A stretch of DNA of 62,798 nt, the filler included, from Chiloscyllium plagiosum (lineage: Eukaryota): the NCBI RefSeq assembly GCF_004010195.1. It is 4 parts of one record of this genome, joined end to end, with 100 filler letters (N's around TTAATTAATTAA, not from the genome) between each part and the next. Parts side by side here need not be neighbours in the genome. Positions count along the whole stretch, not along the records: positions 57,046 to 62,798 come from NC_057712.1; 3 more parts are not named here. The stretch is one strand, 5' to 3'. Shown piece by piece: positions 60,960 through 62,798 of the stretch. The notes beneath the pieces were generated by a model, which saw only the letters and a list, made by a program, of their open reading frames with translations, was not told the origin of the DNA and searched no databases. The position numbers were made by a program, and so were the translations under genes. Positions within the stretch are counted from its first letter, which is position 1. Each line of letters begins with the position of its first letter.

Positions 60960-62798
60960 ACGTAGTGAGTATAAATACTCACCCTTTGACGCCAACGGCC
61001 TTTTTGAGTGCGAGCAGCAGCGGAGGTAAGACGAACCCGGAAGACTGGAGCTAAGGTAAGGCAGTTTTTTAAAACAATTACTTACCGGTAGCGGACAGCG
61101 GGGTTTTCCCTTTCACAGAAGGAGCGGGAGCAGCGGGGGAAGTGACGAGGACCAGAGGGGCAGCCGGGAAGGAAAGCAGTGACCATATATATCAGATAGG
61201 TCGGTTATGGATGCTAGGTCAGTTGCTTGCTCGTCCTGCAGAATGTGGCAGGTGGGAGACATGGCACATGTCTCCGCTGGCTACATCTGCGGGAAGTGCA
61301 CCCAACTCCAGATCCTTGAAAACTGCGTTCGGGAATTGGAGCTGGAGCTGGATGAACTACGGATCATTCGGGAGGCTGAGGGGGTAATTGAGAGGAGTTA
61401 CCAGGAGTTGGTCACTCCTAAGGCTCAGGACAAGGATAGATGGGTTACAGTTAGTGGGAGGAAAGGGGACAGTCAGACAGTGCAGAGATCCCCTGTGGAC
61501 ATTCCCCTCAGCAATAAGTATACCATTTTGGATACTGCTGGAGGGGATGACCTACCAGAAGAAAGCCATAGCAGTCAGTTCTCTGGCACTGAGCCTGACA
61601 CTGTGGCAAGGAAGGGAAGGGGGCAGAATAGAAAAGTACTCGTGTAGGGGTAGGGGAATTGACAGGAGATTTTGTGGTCAGGATCGGGATTCCCGGAAGG
61701 TATGTTGCCTCCCTGGTGCCAGGGTCCGGGACGTCTCCGATCGGGTGTATAAAGTTCTAAAAGGGGAGGGCGAACAGCCAGAAATCTTGTTACATATTGG
61801 CACTAATGATATAGCCAGGAAAAGGATCGAGGATATAAAAAGTGATTTCAGGGAGTTAGGATGGAAGCTGCAAAGCAGGACGAACAGAGTAGTGTTCTCT
61901 AGTTCACTACCGGTGCCACGAGATAGCGAGGCGAGGAACAGGGAGAGGGCGCAGCTTAACACGTGGCTGCGCAGCTGGTGTAGGAGGGAGGACTTCAGGT
62001 ATGTAGATAATTGGGATGCCTTCTGGGGAAGGTGGGACCTGTACAAGAAGGACGGGTTAAGTCTGAACTGGAAGGGGACCAATGTCCTGGGTGGAAGATT
62101 TGCTCGAGTTCAAGAGGGTTTAAACTAGTATGTCAGGGGGGTGGGAACCTGAGCTGTATACCGGAGGTGAGAGTTGATCCAGATGAGGCAATAGTAAGAG
62201 GTAGACCAGCTAGTGGGAAGGATTTTCCTGGGAAGGAACCAAGGGATCAGTTAAAGTGTGTTTGCTTTAATGCAAGGAGTATCAGGAATAATGTGATCAA
62301 GGATAGTCAGCATGGTTTTGTGAAGGGCAGGTCGTGCCTCACAAACCTTATTGAATTCTTTGAAAAGGTGACGAAGGAGGTTGATGAGGGGAAAGCGGTA
62401 GAGGTGGTATATATGGATTTTAGTAAGGCGTTTGATAAGGTTCCCCATGGTAGGCTACTGCAGAAAATACGGAGATATGGCATTGAGGGTGAGTTGGAGG
62501 TTTGGATTAGGAATTGGCTGGATGGAAGAAGACAGAGGGTAGTAGTTGATGGCAAAGTTTCTTCATGGAGTGCCGCCACTAGCGGTGTTCCGCAAGGATC
62601 TGTCTTGGGACCATTGCTGTTTGTCATTTTTATAAATGACATGGAAGAGGGGTTAGAAGGTTGGGTAAGCAAGTTTGCGGATGATACGAAAGTCGGAGAA
62701 GTTGTTGACAGTGAGGAAGGATGTAGCAGGTTACAGCAGGATATAGAGAAGATGCAGAGCTGGGCAGAAAGGTGGCAAATGGAATACAATGTAGCTAA
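60960..62798 (+). mobile_element. CR1 LINE with 5' UTR, ORF1 and internally deleted ORF2, running off the window
   Basis: ORF1 61207-62128; ORF2 KCVCFNARSIRN fused at ~62290 to the RT (DSQHGFVKGRSCLTNL..DFSKAFDKVPH..QGSVLGP..KFADDTK). Confidence 0.92.
61207..62128 (+). pseudogene. CR1 ORF1 protein (CxxC-CxxC zinc finger, leucine zipper, SGNH esterase), frameshifted
   Basis: CSSC..CGKC, LENCVRELELELDEL, CLPGA, HIGTND. The GDS block is deleted with a stop/frameshift at ~61645, and DGLH is changed to DGLS. Confidence 0.85.

Noticed and set aside
61207..62128. Domesticated esterase gene or active LINE
   Set aside because: The catalytic GDS block is deleted with a frameshift, the catalytic His is substituted, and ORF2 lacks the endonuclease.

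Overview
Vertebrate genomic DNA, most likely from a shark or other elasmobranch (HE1/V-SINE-like and HER1/CR1-like repeats dominate). Three host genes are visible: exon 1 of a cornichon gene most like CNIH3 (303-383, minus), exon 1 of CNIH4 (30227-30295, minus, followed by a U12-type GTATCCTT donor), and exons 1-7 of mitochondrial alanyl-tRNA synthetase AARS2 (35114-56117, plus, 385 codons in a continuous spliced frame). AARS2 lies head-to-head with CNIH4 on one gap-free contig. Most of the rest is decayed retroelements: CR1-type LINEs (several with ORF1 zinc-finger/esterase), L2-like and Rex1 LINEs, SINEs and Penelope-like elements (PLEs). The most notable non-genic signal is a dense set of PLE terminal repeats carrying minimal type I hammerhead ribozyme motifs. 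They fall into at least four sequence families, and many are short palindromic insertions with 12-15 bp target-site duplications. One copy has a compensatory U3:A8 catalytic core. Three 100-nt gaps contain an artificial TTAATTAATTAA linker. All family assignments are from recalled sequences, not database searches, and repeat boundaries are approximate unless a TSD is given.
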